Positions 1 through 10,315 of a DNA stretch of 64,000 nucleotides are shown piece by piece. The stretch's first letter is position 1, and every line of letters begins with the position of its first letter. The DNA lies in the IMG/VR virus record IMGVR_UViG_3300023223_000669, positions 96,001-160,000 of that record; one strand, written 5' to 3'. Both the position numbers and the translations under genes were made by a program. Under the pieces are notes generated by a model. That model saw nothing but the letters and a program-made list of their open reading frames with translations. It was not told the DNA's origin and made no database searches. This DNA comes from a virus.

Positions 1-45
1 GTTGTCAGACGAAGAACAAGAACGCCTTAGAAAGAAACATGTGAA

Positions 46-708
46 ATGAGTGCTGGAGACTTCCCCGTAATTCGTGTCTTTGAATGGGACACGGCTGAAG
101 TGGCAAGCCCCGTGGGGACACGGAACTTGCCAGGGGGGAGCTTTGCATTCAAACAGATCGTGTCTTCCGGTTGTGCTACCGTAGATCCCAGTAATCCGGG
201 CACAACCTCTGGTACTCTCGTGTTTCAAGATACCAAGTTTGATCTTAGCAATCTACCCCTGCCGTCACATCTAGCATCGAAGGTCACGGCCATTACGTTT
301 AACCTCGCCGCCAGTGGTACGGCCATTTCAGACCTTAAACTTTTTGTGGTAGATGATAGTGCTTTTCAAGGAAGTGCCGACGAAGGATTAGACAGAGCTT
401 TTATACAGGCTTCTCCTAGTGGCGGTAATTGGCTACCACTCGTAGAGATGCCTTCGGGGTCCGTGAGCCGTCTTCCATTGATAGTTCCTACAGTCCCAAA
501 CGTACTCCGTCAGGATGGCGGCAATGCCCTTGTAGGCGAGGATGACCAGAATTCATCTGAATTTGTGTACTTAAATATTGTGATCCCGCTCGGTACACCC
601 CTGGGCACTTTTGGCGTCTGTGGCTCTGGTATTCTGAGGCTAGCATTAGTTTTTAACTACTGGTCCAATGACTTCATTCTGGAGTTTGGCGATCCTACAG
701 TGGGTTAG
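46..708 (+). CDS. putative virion structural protein (beta-rich, SG-rich)
   Basis: 220-aa ORF with an acidic, Gly/Ser/Val-rich composition like the neighbouring structural ORFs; no enzyme motif. Confidence 0.55.
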   Translation: MSAGDFPVIRVFEWDTAEVASPVGTRNLPGGSFAFKQIVSSGCATVDPSNPGTTSGTLVFQDTKFDLSNLPLPSHLASKVTAITFNLAASGTAISDLKLFVVDDSAFQGSADEGLDRAFIQASPSGGNWLPLVEMPSGSVSRLPLIVPTVPNVLRQDGGNALVGEDDQNSSEFVYLNIVIPLGTPLGTFGVCGSGILRLALVFNYWSNDFILEFGDPTVG

Positions 709-714
709 TGTATT
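705..714 (+). promoter_or_regulatory. candidate phage late-promoter motif TTAGTGTATT
   Basis: identical 10-mer at 12421 and 60692 and a 1-mismatch copy at 1008; all lie upstream of structural-region genes. Confidence 0.5.
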
Positions 715-767
715 ATACAGTGAGGTCATATCGACCTATCGAACGTTCGTTTTAATGGAGGTAAGCT

Positions 768-953
768 ATGGCTACTTTTAACGCAACTAGTAGCACCAAT
801 AACGCTAACCAAGTCCTCTGGGGCTGGAGCACGAAGCTCGTGCTGCACACTGACCGTGCGGTCACTGGCACCGCTCGCGGTGACCAAGTGCAGGCTGTAG
901 AGAATCTGGGCGTGGGTGTTGCGGCGGGAGATCCATTCACATTACTGACGTAA
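768..953 (+). CDS. small hypothetical protein (possible virion component)
   Basis: 61-aa ORF with GGAGG Shine-Dalgarno upstream, followed by a terminator hairpin. Confidence 0.7.
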   Translation: MATFNATSSTNNANQVLWGWSTKLVLHTDRAVTGTARGDQVQAVENLGVGVAAGDPFTLLT

Positions 954-977
954 TCTGACGGATTTTTGCTAAAAACA

Positions 978-1007
978 GGGCCGCTGTTCGTTCGCGAACA
1001 GCGGCTC
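978..1007 (+). terminator. intrinsic terminator-like hairpin
   Basis: GGGCCGCTGTTCG-TTCG-CGAACAGCGGCTC: 13-bp stem, UUCG loop, T-rich tail. Confidence 0.7.
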
Positions 1008-1017
1008 TTAGTTTATT
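1008..1017 (+). promoter_or_regulatory. candidate late-promoter motif variant TTAGTTTATT
   Basis: 1 mismatch to the motif; follows a hairpin directly, as at 60692. Confidence 0.4.
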
Positions 1018-1060
1018 ATCATATGGACGTAGCTCGAAGCTTAGTTCACGGAGAAAGGAA

Positions 1061-1609
1061 ATGGTTAAAACATGTAGCAGATGTGGCCTTGAAAAAGACC
1101 TGACGGACTTTTATAGGGATCGTCGTCACAGGGATGGTTATCGCTCTGATTGTAAGGCGTGTCACACGCCAGTAGTCCGTAAATACCAAGCTACCAAAAA
1201 CGGCAAGGCCGTTGCCAGGCTTTCTGATAAGCGACGAATTGGCACCGTAAAGCGTAAAGCGTCTCACAATCGAGCTACTGCTCGTTATAAGAAAACACCA
1301 CATGGCCGTCTTGTAGAGAACGCCTGTAGCCATCGTCGCCGAGAGCGTCAAATAGGTTTAGATTCCACATGGAGCAAAGAAGACATTCTAGAGGTCTATG
1401 CTCGTTTCGGGGATAAGTGTTTTGTGTGTGATACGTCCCATGATCTTTCGATTGATCATCACCGCCCCCTATCTGAAGGGCATAGTCTTTGTCTTGAAAA
1501 CGCTGTACTCCTTTGTGTTTCATGCAACGCATCTAAGAGCACAAAAGATCCACAAGACTTCTATGCTCAAGAGCAAATGGAGGTTCTCAATGGTCTCGGC
1601 ATCATTTGA
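1061..1609 (+). CDS. free-standing HNH homing endonuclease
   Basis: N-terminal CxxC...CKAC zinc module; C-terminal CFVC-x-LSIDHHRP-x-ENAVLLCVSCNASK HNH motif. Confidence 0.85.
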   Translation: MVKTCSRCGLEKDLTDFYRDRRHRDGYRSDCKACHTPVVRKYQATKNGKAVARLSDKRRIGTVKRKASHNRATARYKKTPHGRLVENACSHRRRERQIGLDSTWSKEDILEVYARFGDKCFVCDTSHDLSIDHHRPLSEGHSLCLENAVLLCVSCNASKSTKDPQDFYAQEQMEVLNGLGII

Positions 1610-2060
1610 GCACGAGGGTAATAGTGGCCTCCTGAAGTTGACAACTCACTTCGGTTGCGAAGTGGAGATCGTATGCGATAAGCTGAACGACGAGACGTTC
1701 AAGCTAGGCGGGACCGCAGTAAACGCGGTGGTCGTATACGAGGGGCTCGTTCTACAGCTTCCTGCTTGCCCATCCTTTGTTCGTTTTAGAGCCTTTCGTT
1801 CGGAAGAGGTTTACTTTGAGGACGAAGGCGTGATGTCCCACGAGGAGTGGGACGTGGCCGATCGCCATTGTTATGTGACTGAGTATTACAGTCTAGACAT
1901 GGAAGGTAAACCACCGGGCTGGTTTATCAGCAAAAGGCCAATCCAAGACGCCAACCACCTGTTCGTTAATCTTGATGTCTTAGATGGTGGTGGTAACGTT
2001 GTGAAGAGATACAGGGTCTCTCCATTTACAGGTGAACATGTTATTCGAGAGGGACTCTAA
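1590..2060 (+). CDS. hypothetical protein
   Basis: start moved to ATG 1590, which has GGAGG at 1579-1583; stop abuts the next gene at 2061. Confidence 0.65.
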   Translation: MVSASFEHEGNSGLLKLTTHFGCEVEIVCDKLNDETFKLGGTAVNAVVVYEGLVLQLPACPSFVRFRAFRSEEVYFEDEGVMSHEEWDVADRHCYVTEYYSLDMEGKPPGWFISKRPIQDANHLFVNLDVLDGGGNVVKRYRVSPFTGEHVIREGL

Positions 2061-5000
2061 ATGGTCGATCTTGTCACTGACAATCACTTGATTGGTTTCT
2101 GGCCAATGGATGAACCCAGCGGGACTCCAACGTTCAAGAACTATTCTCCTTCGTATGCCGGTAAGCCCAGTGGCATTTCGTTTGATTTACATCAACAACA
2201 AGCTACTGTTGGTGCCGTTGGTGCTATCAGTGAATGGCTTGGCAATACTGAAGTGACGGAATCTGGTGCGTTCACATATCGTGGCGTACAATTACATGGC
2301 AACTATCAATCTGTACAGACTGTTGCTAGTAGACATGTTAAATATCTGACTATTGGTCATGGTGGTTTTGGTCCTAGACACAAAACATTGACAGCACCTA
2401 CTGCCCAGAGTGGTTTCACATTTGGTCTTTGGGTGTTACCGCAGTCTGATGGCTATGATGGATTTGTTGATGGTGCAGATAATAGTCAGAAACAACACGG
2501 CCTAGGCAATGCTTTGTTTTTCCGTGGTGATGATGATCATGGTATCATGATTGGTGTGTCTGGGCAACTTATCGGAGGTTCCCAGTTTAGTGCTTTAGAA
2601 TTTGGTGGCCCACATCGTCTAACAGGATATGTATATGTTACTGGTGGTGATACTGCTAATCCGAGTACAGATGCTCGTGCCGAGATTCTAGAGACGCCTC
2701 TTGAGTCTGGCCAATTTGTGCATTTGACATGTTCATATCGCTATATTGATGGCACAGTCAATGAAGTTGTCCTTTATAAAAACGGAAGAGTGACAGCTAG
2801 TGGCACGACGGACGCTGGTTTACATGCTGCTGCTACACCTGCAGCGAATAACTTTGATGATGTGAAGTGGGCCATTGGTGCATCTGTTGACGATGGAGAC
2901 GGTAATCCAGCAGGAGTATATGACTTGACAACAGGATGGAACCATCTTGTTTCTGGTGCGTATTATTTTGCTCGTGTTTTGCACGAGGGCGAAGTTCAAG
3001 AAATGCATGAGAGAGGTGGTTTACAGAGAACCACTGGTAATATTGGTCCTGCGACAGCGGCGGTTAGCATTGATGATACTAGGCTACTGGCTTACTATTC
3101 ATTTGCTGCTGTTGGATATGCTGATGCATCTCGTCATCACCGTCCCTTGATTGCTGGCGTTGATGAGGGTGACCGTAGTACTCTTGCCGCATTTGCTGGC
3201 CCCTTTGGTCGTGGTGGTCTTTACAAAACGTCTCCAGCCGATACTTTGATAGCTTCTAGTGGTCTTACGTTTGCTTTTGCTGAATCTACTGCTGGATTCA
3301 CTATTGGTATTCGTTACGCACAGCAACTCAGTCCTACGTTTCCTAATAACGTTTTATTCAGTTTTGGTACTTGTGGCACGACATTCAATCCTACGGTTGT
3401 TAATTCCACTATGGGGCTCAGAGTATCCCGCGACACGACTCTCGACAGGGTATTTGCTCAAGTATTTCCAATTGGAGATGAAAATACTGTAGTGACTCTT
3501 ACCAGTAGTGATTTTGATCAAGCTGACCGGGTTATGGCCCATATGGCTTTTGCGTATTCTGTTGCCGATGATGGTTTTGCCCTGTATATTGATGGTGAAT
3601 TACATGCTAGTGGTACAGCACAAAACCCATTGATGCCTCACATGTTAAACTTGGCTGCTAGTGGTTTCCCTCTAGCATTTATTGGCGGCATTGCAGCGGA
3701 CAATCCCTTTGTTCTAGCTTCGGTTTCTGATGAAACCACGATTTGTGATATCTCAATTTTCGATTCTCCGTTAGGACAGGATGAAATTAGAGCCATCGCT
3801 CAGAGTGGTATCGATATTGTGCCATTGATGCGTACTCCGCACGATCCTCGTCTAGCTGGTTACTGGCCATGCACAGATTTTGATGGTGATGATGTTTTAA
3901 TTGAGGACCGTGCTAAGGTATGGCAGAACGAAGCGTCAGCACCGCTACGTTACTCTTTGAGTGATGAAGTCTGGGATGAGCTTGAGCTTTTAGACAATGA
4001 GGGTCCATGGATTCGTAGAGATGAATTTGTAGCCAAGACTCTTCCTCCAGAGCTTGCGAGCTTCGGTAACCTGGGTATTACTAGTGGTGCTTTCACGGTT
4101 AACACACAGGGCTCTAGACCGCTTGGCGAGAACGTCGATTCTAAATCTTCGGTTGCGAACTTCCCAACTAGATGGCGTGCCAATCCAGAAGATAACGATT
4201 TAGTAGCTACTCATCCATTTGGTGAATACATCATTATGTTTGATGTGACGCCTAGTGGCACCGTGCCGCCCGCACTAGAGTTTGCCACTAATATGGATTT
4301 TAATTCCGTTGTTTTTACGCTGACCGATAACAACGACGAGTTCATGGCATACCTGACCTCTGTAAATGCCGCCCAAGGTTCTGGTATTAGTCTTTGTTTC
4401 ATGGGGCGTGAAGTTAGTGCTGGTCAATCTCATGTTTCTGGTGAGGTACCCTATGGAGTTCCTACTCATGTCATGTATCACATGAAGTGGGACGATCCAA
4501 ATAATACTTCTTCGACTGCCCTGATTAGTTATTTAACTGCTCGTCTATATATTGCTGGTGTACCTATCATGCATCGTCGTATGTTAGGTCCAGATTCTAG
4601 ATTATGGCCAGATCAACAGGGTGGTGCTAGCCTTGACGAATGGATGTTAAACATTGGTGGTGAAGCTATTGATGAAGCCGAGACAGGACATGCTACTATC
4701 GCGGAAGTTGGTCTTGGTGGTAATTATGTACGCAACTTCACAATTATGCGTGGCACTTTCTCGCCTGATGATATCAGAAACTTTGCTGTATCTGGTATTG
4801 AAGATAAAGCACCTTTGACGGGGTTCAATGATGGTGCTTTACCCACAACCCAAGTGACTACTGCTGATGCTGCTCTTGAGGGCTATTGGCGTTTCAGTGG
4901 TCAGCCATCTGGAGAAACCGATCTCGGTCCTGCTGGTAATGATCTAGTTTCCCTGGCGAAACAAGCGATTGAAGACGGCGTTTTTACTCCTGGTGCGAAC

Positions 5001-6929
5001 GTAGAGTCAGCATATAATATTCGCTTTTTGCCTGGACCATTGCTTAATTCTGATCTCGGTGTGAAATCTAGTGGCATTAGCTATCTTGGTGATAATCCAT
5101 CTCTCAATCCCATTTCCCCATATGTAGCGTCTGGAGTTGCTTTCCAAGATCCTGGTGCTGGTTTTTCTATTGGGTTGTGGCTCGTCAAACGATCTCCCGT
5201 AGTTAGTAGTGATGCCGATGTTTTGATTGCGTATGGTGTTATTGATACAGGCATTGGTCAAACAGCCGTACAAGATAATGCTGGTTGGGCCATCTTTGTA
5301 GATGAAGATGATAGTGTACGTATGGTATTGTCAAGTGCTGGTAACATGCACCTTGATGACGTTCCCAACGCGGCAAACTCTGGCCTTGTGACCGCTGGTA
5401 CGAGTGCTGTTCTCGTACAATCTAATATCTCAGCTTTTGAAGCATATAAAAAGAGTGCTTACCATGTAGGCTCACTTGATAGTTGGCAACACTACATGTG
5501 GACATATGATGCTACGACCGAAGTTCTGAAATGTTATCAATCTGCTGTTTTGGTAGATGAGCGTGTAGCACCAACTCGTGCTAACCTACATGGTCCTGTA
5601 CATAACCCAATTGATCCATCAGCTCGTCTGATAACTTTCTTGCAACACCAAGAGGACGCTTCGGCGGAAAGCGTGCCATGGGTGTTTGGCAATACACGTT
5701 CTGCTGACGATCAATACATTACAGACGTGTGTTACTTTAGTCGTGCCTTAGACGCACAAGAAGTTGCTTACATTGCCTATAATGGCATCGATCAAGCGGA
5801 AGGTGTTGTTAGTAGCGGTATCGTTGGTGGCTTTATTCACGGTCAAGAGACTGCTTCTGGTATTATTGCTGGTTATTTTCAAGGCCTTGATACCGGGTCT
5901 GGTTTAATTGGTGGCTTTATACCAGGTGGTAATATTGGTAGTGGCCTTCTTGGTGGTTTTGTTTCTGGTGTTGTTTTTGGTGATGGCACCATTGGTGGTT
6001 TCGTTCAGGGTCTTGATATTGTATCCGGCATCATAGCTGGTTATATCCAAGGTGTTGATATTGGCTCTGGCATGATTGCTGGTTTCATTCACGGTCAAGA
6101 TATTGGTTCTGGTATCCTTGGTGGTTTGATTCTTGCCGGTGATCTTGCTAGCGGTATTCTTGGTGGTTATATCCAAGCCGCTGGTGTTGCTAGTGGCATT
6201 CTTGGCGGGTTTATGCTTGGTGGTCTTCAGGGGAACTTTGAATTCGATGCTGGATTTACGGTTGAAGTATTGGCCGCAGAAGACTTTGATGCCCAGCTTG
6301 AAATTGCCAAGACGGTTGCTTCTGACTTTGATGCTAAGCTTATTATTTTCCAGGACGAACTACCACCGTTGGTTGAAGTACTTATCCCAGGCCAAACCGT
6401 TACTGGCCAAGCACCACCATTCAATCAGTATTTCATTGGTAAGGCGTCTGGTCAACAAGGAAAGACCATCACACAGACCAAATGGACATTTGGAGACTTA
6501 ACCCCAACGCAAAGCGTTGCAGAGAGTGGTGCAGGCTGCTATCCAATCCAGCATTTCTATGCAACCAGTGGTTTCTATGTTGCTAAGTTTGAGGCTATTG
6601 ATTCTGACGGCATGCACAATTCTGCAACACGTATTATCAATGCAGCATCCGGTATTGATCCTGTTCTTATTACTCTATCTGGTGTACCGCGTTCTGGCGA
6701 TGCAGTATTACTAGTTGATTTTACAACAACAATTGATATCCTACCGCCGGGCGTTAGCGTTTCAACGCAGCTATTGAATTTTGATGACGGACAGACTACC
6801 ATCTCTTTCGATCCAACACATGCATATTCGGAGCCAGGCACTTATAAGCCAGTTTGGTGTATACGAGATTCGCGTGGATTCTTCTGGTGTGATAGCCTTG
6901 AGGCAGGAAGTGACATCGAAGAGGCGTAA
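2061..6929 (+). CDS. giant virion/fibre protein: 4 LamG/concanavalin A-like domains, 14-aa Gly-rich repeats, 2 PKD-like domains
   Basis: four repeated L-x-G/A-Y/F-W/Y starts paired with E-V/I-x-x-x-A-x-x-G ends typical of LamG_3; WTFGD..HFYATSGFYVAK and NFDDG..HAYSEPGTYK PKD signatures. Confidence 0.75.
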   Translation: MVDLVTDNHLIGFWPMDEPSGTPTFKNYSPSYAGKPSGISFDLHQQQATVGAVGAISEWLGNTEVTESGAFTYRGVQLHGNYQSVQTVASRHVKYLTIGHGGFGPRHKTLTAPTAQSGFTFGLWVLPQSDGYDGFVDGADNSQKQHGLGNALFFRGDDDHGIMIGVSGQLIGGSQFSALEFGGPHRLTGYVYVTGGDTANPSTDARAEILETPLESGQFVHLTCSYRYIDGTVNEVVLYKNGRVTASGTTDAGLHAAATPAANNFDDVKWAIGASVDDGDGNPAGVYDLTTGWNHLVSGAYYFARVLHEGEVQEMHERGGLQRTTGNIGPATAAVSIDDTRLLAYYSFAAVGYADASRHHRPLIAGVDEGDRSTLAAFAGPFGRGGLYKTSPADTLIASSGLTFAFAESTAGFTIGIRYAQQLSPTFPNNVLFSFGTCGTTFNPTVVNSTMGLRVSRDTTLDRVFAQVFPIGDENTVVTLTSSDFDQADRVMAHMAFAYSVADDGFALYIDGELHASGTAQNPLMPHMLNLAASGFPLAFIGGIAADNPFVLASVSDETTICDISIFDSPLGQDEIRAIAQSGIDIVPLMRTPHDPRLAGYWPCTDFDGDDVLIEDRAKVWQNEASAPLRYSLSDEVWDELELLDNEGPWIRRDEFVAKTLPPELASFGNLGITSGAFTVNTQGSRPLGENVDSKSSVANFPTRWRANPEDNDLVATHPFGEYIIMFDVTPSGTVPPALEFATNMDFNSVVFTLTDNNDEFMAYLTSVNAAQGSGISLCFMGREVSAGQSHVSGEVPYGVPTHVMYHMKWDDPNNTSSTALISYLTARLYIAGVPIMHRRMLGPDSRLWPDQQGGASLDEWMLNIGGEAIDEAETGHATIAEVGLGGNYVRNFTIMRGTFSPDDIRNFAVSGIEDKAPLTGFNDGALPTTQVTTADAALEGYWRFSGQPSGETDLGPAGNDLVSLAKQAIEDGVFTPGANVESAYNIRFLPGPLLNSDLGVKSSGISYLGDNPSLNPISPYVASGVAFQDPGAGFSIGLWLVKRSPVVSSDADVLIAYGVIDTGIGQTAVQDNAGWAIFVDEDDSVRMVLSSAGNMHLDDVPNAANSGLVTAGTSAVLVQSNISAFEAYKKSAYHVGSLDSWQHYMWTYDATTEVLKCYQSAVLVDERVAPTRANLHGPVHNPIDPSARLITFLQHQEDASAESVPWVFGNTRSADDQYITDVCYFSRALDAQEVAYIAYNGIDQAEGVVSSGIVGGFIHGQETASGIIAGYFQGLDTGSGLIGGFIPGGNIGSGLLGGFVSGVVFGDGTIGGFVQGLDIVSGIIAGYIQGVDIGSGMIAGFIHGQDIGSGILGGLILAGDLASGILGGYIQAAGVASGILGGFMLGGLQGNFEFDAGFTVEVLAAEDFDAQLEIAKTVASDFDAKLIIFQDELPPLVEVLIPGQTVTGQAPPFNQYFIGKASGQQGKTITQTKWTFGDLTPTQSVAESGAGCYPIQHFYATSGFYVAKFEAIDSDGMHNSATRIINAASGIDPVLITLSGVPRSGDAVLLVDFTTTIDILPPGVSVSTQLLNFDDGQTTISFDPTHAYSEPGTYKPVWCIRDSRGFFWCDSLEAGSDIEEA
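5811..6230 (+). repeat. 10 x 42-bp (14-aa) coding tandem repeat, consensus xSG[ILM][ILV][GA]G[FY][IVF]xGxD[IT]
   Basis: SSGIVGGFIHGQET / ASGIIAGYFQGLDT / GSGLIGGFIPGGNI ... ASGILGGFMLGGLQ; 420 nt. Confidence 0.9.
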
Positions 6930-6932
6930 GAT

Positions 6933-9900
6933 ATGAATATTATTATTTCAAATGCTATTGTTGTTAGCGGTGTTGGCGTACCGCTTAATGGCATTGAGTG
7001 GCCATCTGGTCAATTTGGTGCTGGAGAACCGGGTTCTCAGTTGTGTGCATTCTTATCTTCTATCAACGCCTCTTTTGGTTTCAATCTCACCCCACACTCA
7101 TTCCAAACTGAATGGATACCTTGTGGTGATCCATGTGCATTCCACGGGGCATCAGGACAGCTAGCTGATATTGGTCATTCACTAGAACTGTTTGTGGGTG
7201 ATTTCTTTTTCCGTGGCAAGGTGACTCACTCTGATTTTACATCTACCGCCGGGGGCACGATTGTAAGTGTCACAATTGAAGACGATAGACGCAACCTACG
7301 TAGTGTCAAACTCCATACGGAAGACTTAGGCGAAGACGCACCAAGCGGCGTTGTGTCTATTGCTCGTGGTTTCCGTGTCCTCAATGGACTGGAGGATGTT
7401 AATGGTAATCCAAACGATCCAAACATTAGAGAGTATAGACGGATCTTGCAGTTTGGAGGTACCTATAGTCAAATCATTCAAGCGATTGATCTACACTTTA
7501 ATGAAGGTACGTGTTCCGTTCCTATCTCTGATCTACCCACTGTAGAGCAACTTGAAAAGAACACTGGTGGTACGATTGAGGCTATCCGATTCCAGTTTAA
7601 CTTGGCACATCTTGATGAGGTGTTGTCGCGTGTCCTACTTGATACCGGATACGATTGGTACTGGAATATGGATGCTCAACGTGTCAACCTCATCAACAAG
7701 AAGGCCGTCTTTGATATCAGCGAGAATGACATTCTCGATTTGGTTTCTGAGTTCGGTAGTACCAGCGGCCTCAATGAGACTAAGCAGCTTGGCTTTGGTA
7801 AAGACGTTGTACCTGATCCCACTCGTTTCCGCGTGATTGGTGGTCATCAAGAAGGATTCATCAACTCCCATTTGTTGAGCCCGCTTGATGGTATTGACAC
7901 CTTCGGTATAGATGGTCATGTGAGTAGCACCGTTAAGGACCCTAACGTCAACCTCGTCTTCGAACCAGCATGGACAAGACTCACGATTGGTTTCTATGAT
8001 AATGATGGCTTCTACCGTACATATATGCCACTAGAGAAAGAACTACAACTTGCTCTGGCTGGCATTGAACAGTGGACATATTTCAAGATTTATCAAAACA
8101 CGTCGCCATCTAGTGATCCTGCTGGATATGGTTTACCGTCTGATGCTGGTTCTATTGCCGCTCAAAATCCAACATTCCAAAGTAGAATGGATCCAGTGAT
8201 GCCACTTGCTGCTGTTGGAACCGGCAACTCGGCGTCTGGTCTTCGACTGATTAGTAACCGTCGTGACGCGACACAGAACTGGGTATTGGATTTTTATGCC
8301 CGTGTCCGTGATCACGCCGCCAGACACTACGGGCGTTCGTATGTTGTAGAGGGACTGTTGTTTAATGAAGCATCTGGTCTATTCCGATTAATAGGTTCTG
8401 CGTGGGGTAACGTTGATAACCAAGTTGAAGGTTTCGCTTTATCGTCGTCCGGTGTTGTCACCCTGGGTGGCGGTAGCGGTGTTTTTGTGGAAGACTATGA
8501 GATCAACCGTGACCTCGGGCCAGTAAGTCCATTTATAGCAGACGACTTCCGAGTGCGAGCACACTGTCGTCTGCCCGCAGATACCATCTACGGCCCACAA
8601 GGCGATGCTAATCCAGCCAGCTTTGGCAACTGGACCGAAGATGCTCCACCATTCAACCCAACGGGCGATGGTAGTCATTACATTCCAGTCGAGTTGTCCC
8701 TGGTGGGGAATCGGGTGATCGACCCACGCAGTAGTGAACTTTACTCTTTTGAAGATTATCCTGAGGGTACTTTATGGTGTCAGCTACCGATCAATGCTGG
8801 GCCGTCTGGTGGACTCGTTGAGGATAATACTATTTCTACGCTTGCCACGTTGCTTACAATCAATACTAAGCTCACTGGCTCTGGTCTGCGTGACCTCATT
8901 AATCCAGCTATTATCCTGAATGTTTATGATTCTCTCTCGGGTGTTGTTATACCTGTAGAATCTCGCAGTCGCTATGGTCAGACATATCCTAGTCAGTGGG
9001 TTCTTGGAGAATTTCATTACGAGAGGGATGAAGATGTCCAGCTTGATGATCAGTTTGTACCATGGGCTTTCTCGCCAGCGGGTAACGAGACTTCTCTACA
9101 GATTATGACGGATAGAGCCGTGCGTCGTGCTGAGGGCAAGATCGTTCCTAGAAGTTCGTCTCGCTATGCCGATTTCCAACAGATTGGTCTGCCGCTGCTA
9201 TCGTTTGACGCTTTTGCTGAGCAGAGTATTGGACCATCGGGCTTGTTTGGTGAGATCAGCCACGGTGTCAGTGAGGTCAACATCACATTTGGTCTGGATG
9301 GTTTCCTTACACGCTACAAGATTCAATCATACTTCCCGAAATTTGGTCGCGAGGCCCCCTTGGGTGAACGTGTGCGTGCTCAGTTGAATGGTATCCTCAA
9401 TCCTATTGATTTTACCGACCTCAGCTTGTTGGATCCTGGACCGCCTGCACCCATCGATCCTCTATTGCCAGATGACCCTTTTGTACCTCCGGTATTTTTT
9501 GAACGCGAAGAACGGGCTGTACGTGTTACTATTATTGAGGTTAACAATATCTTCACGCTGTCTAGTAGTGCTGGCACAGAAAGAGATGAGCGTTATCGTG
9601 GCCGAGATCAAAATCAATACACAAAGCCGCCTAGAGGCAATAGTTCTTCTAATCTTGATCTCAAAGAAGGAGCTATTTGTATCGATGGTTTCTTGAACAT
9701 TAGTGACGAAGCCTTGTATCATACGGACGAGTTTGAGCTTCCTGGTGGCAATACTGTATTGCGTTACTTCACCCAAGGGCGTCCGTTTGGTAACGGTACT
9801 ATTGTTACGGTAGCACGGGTTAATCCTGTTGAAGCAACTAAGTTTGATGTTACTATTGTTGATCCTACAACACTAGCAACTCTTGGTGAGGAACGTGCTA

Positions 9901-10313
9901 TTTTTGCTGTGGAAGTTCTCAATGGCAGCGTAACTCTTGATGACAAGACAACTCTGGCGGTACAAGGCGATGGTCCAGTTTCTCCCGGTGCTAGCAACGG
10001 TACTATTTTCATTAATGGCACAGCACAAGATGTTACTGGAATAACTCCTGTAGAAATCGTGTCTGTGACTCAACAAGGATCCGAGTTTGCCTTAACCGTC
10101 TGTAAAGAGTTGGGTTTGGATGCTAATGGAGAATACTCTATTGCTTCGGGAGAGATGTTTACTAATGTAGTGCCTATTCCTTTCAGACAAATGGCGTCCT
10201 CTGGTGATCGTGGTTTTTTGATTACGCCTTTGGCTTCGCCTAGTGGTGGATTTGGTCGGACTAGTGCCGTTAGCTACATTGAGATCGTGAAGCCTGCGTT
10301 CTTCAAAATCTAG
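6933..10313 (+). CDS. large putative virion (tail/baseplate-like) protein
   Basis: 1126-aa acidic beta-rich ORF in the structural operon; no catalytic motif recognised. Confidence 0.6.
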   Translation: MNIIISNAIVVSGVGVPLNGIEWPSGQFGAGEPGSQLCAFLSSINASFGFNLTPHSFQTEWIPCGDPCAFHGASGQLADIGHSLELFVGDFFFRGKVTHSDFTSTAGGTIVSVTIEDDRRNLRSVKLHTEDLGEDAPSGVVSIARGFRVLNGLEDVNGNPNDPNIREYRRILQFGGTYSQIIQAIDLHFNEGTCSVPISDLPTVEQLEKNTGGTIEAIRFQFNLAHLDEVLSRVLLDTGYDWYWNMDAQRVNLINKKAVFDISENDILDLVSEFGSTSGLNETKQLGFGKDVVPDPTRFRVIGGHQEGFINSHLLSPLDGIDTFGIDGHVSSTVKDPNVNLVFEPAWTRLTIGFYDNDGFYRTYMPLEKELQLALAGIEQWTYFKIYQNTSPSSDPAGYGLPSDAGSIAAQNPTFQSRMDPVMPLAAVGTGNSASGLRLISNRRDATQNWVLDFYARVRDHAARHYGRSYVVEGLLFNEASGLFRLIGSAWGNVDNQVEGFALSSSGVVTLGGGSGVFVEDYEINRDLGPVSPFIADDFRVRAHCRLPADTIYGPQGDANPASFGNWTEDAPPFNPTGDGSHYIPVELSLVGNRVIDPRSSELYSFEDYPEGTLWCQLPINAGPSGGLVEDNTISTLATLLTINTKLTGSGLRDLINPAIILNVYDSLSGVVIPVESRSRYGQTYPSQWVLGEFHYERDEDVQLDDQFVPWAFSPAGNETSLQIMTDRAVRRAEGKIVPRSSSRYADFQQIGLPLLSFDAFAEQSIGPSGLFGEISHGVSEVNITFGLDGFLTRYKIQSYFPKFGREAPLGERVRAQLNGILNPIDFTDLSLLDPGPPAPIDPLLPDDPFVPPVFFEREERAVRVTIIEVNNIFTLSSSAGTERDERYRGRDQNQYTKPPRGNSSSNLDLKEGAICIDGFLNISDEALYHTDEFELPGGNTVLRYFTQGRPFGNGTIVTVARVNPVEATKFDVTIVDPTTLATLGEERAIFAVEVLNGSVTLDDKTTLAVQGDGPVSPGASNGTIFINGTAQDVTGITPVEIVSVTQQGSEFALTVCKELGLDANGEYSIASGEMFTNVVPIPFRQMASSGDRGFLITPLASPSGGFGRTSAVSYIEIVKPAFFKI

Positions 10314-10315
10314 TC

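Noticed and set aside
1398-1589. N-terminal extension of the 1398-2060 ORF
   Set aside because: Overlaps the HNH gene; the SD-led ATG at 1590 is the better start
5811-6230. Possible CRISPR array or DGR/VNTR repeat
   Set aside because: Repeats are in-frame, degenerate at DNA level and have no spacers; no reverse transcriptase in the window
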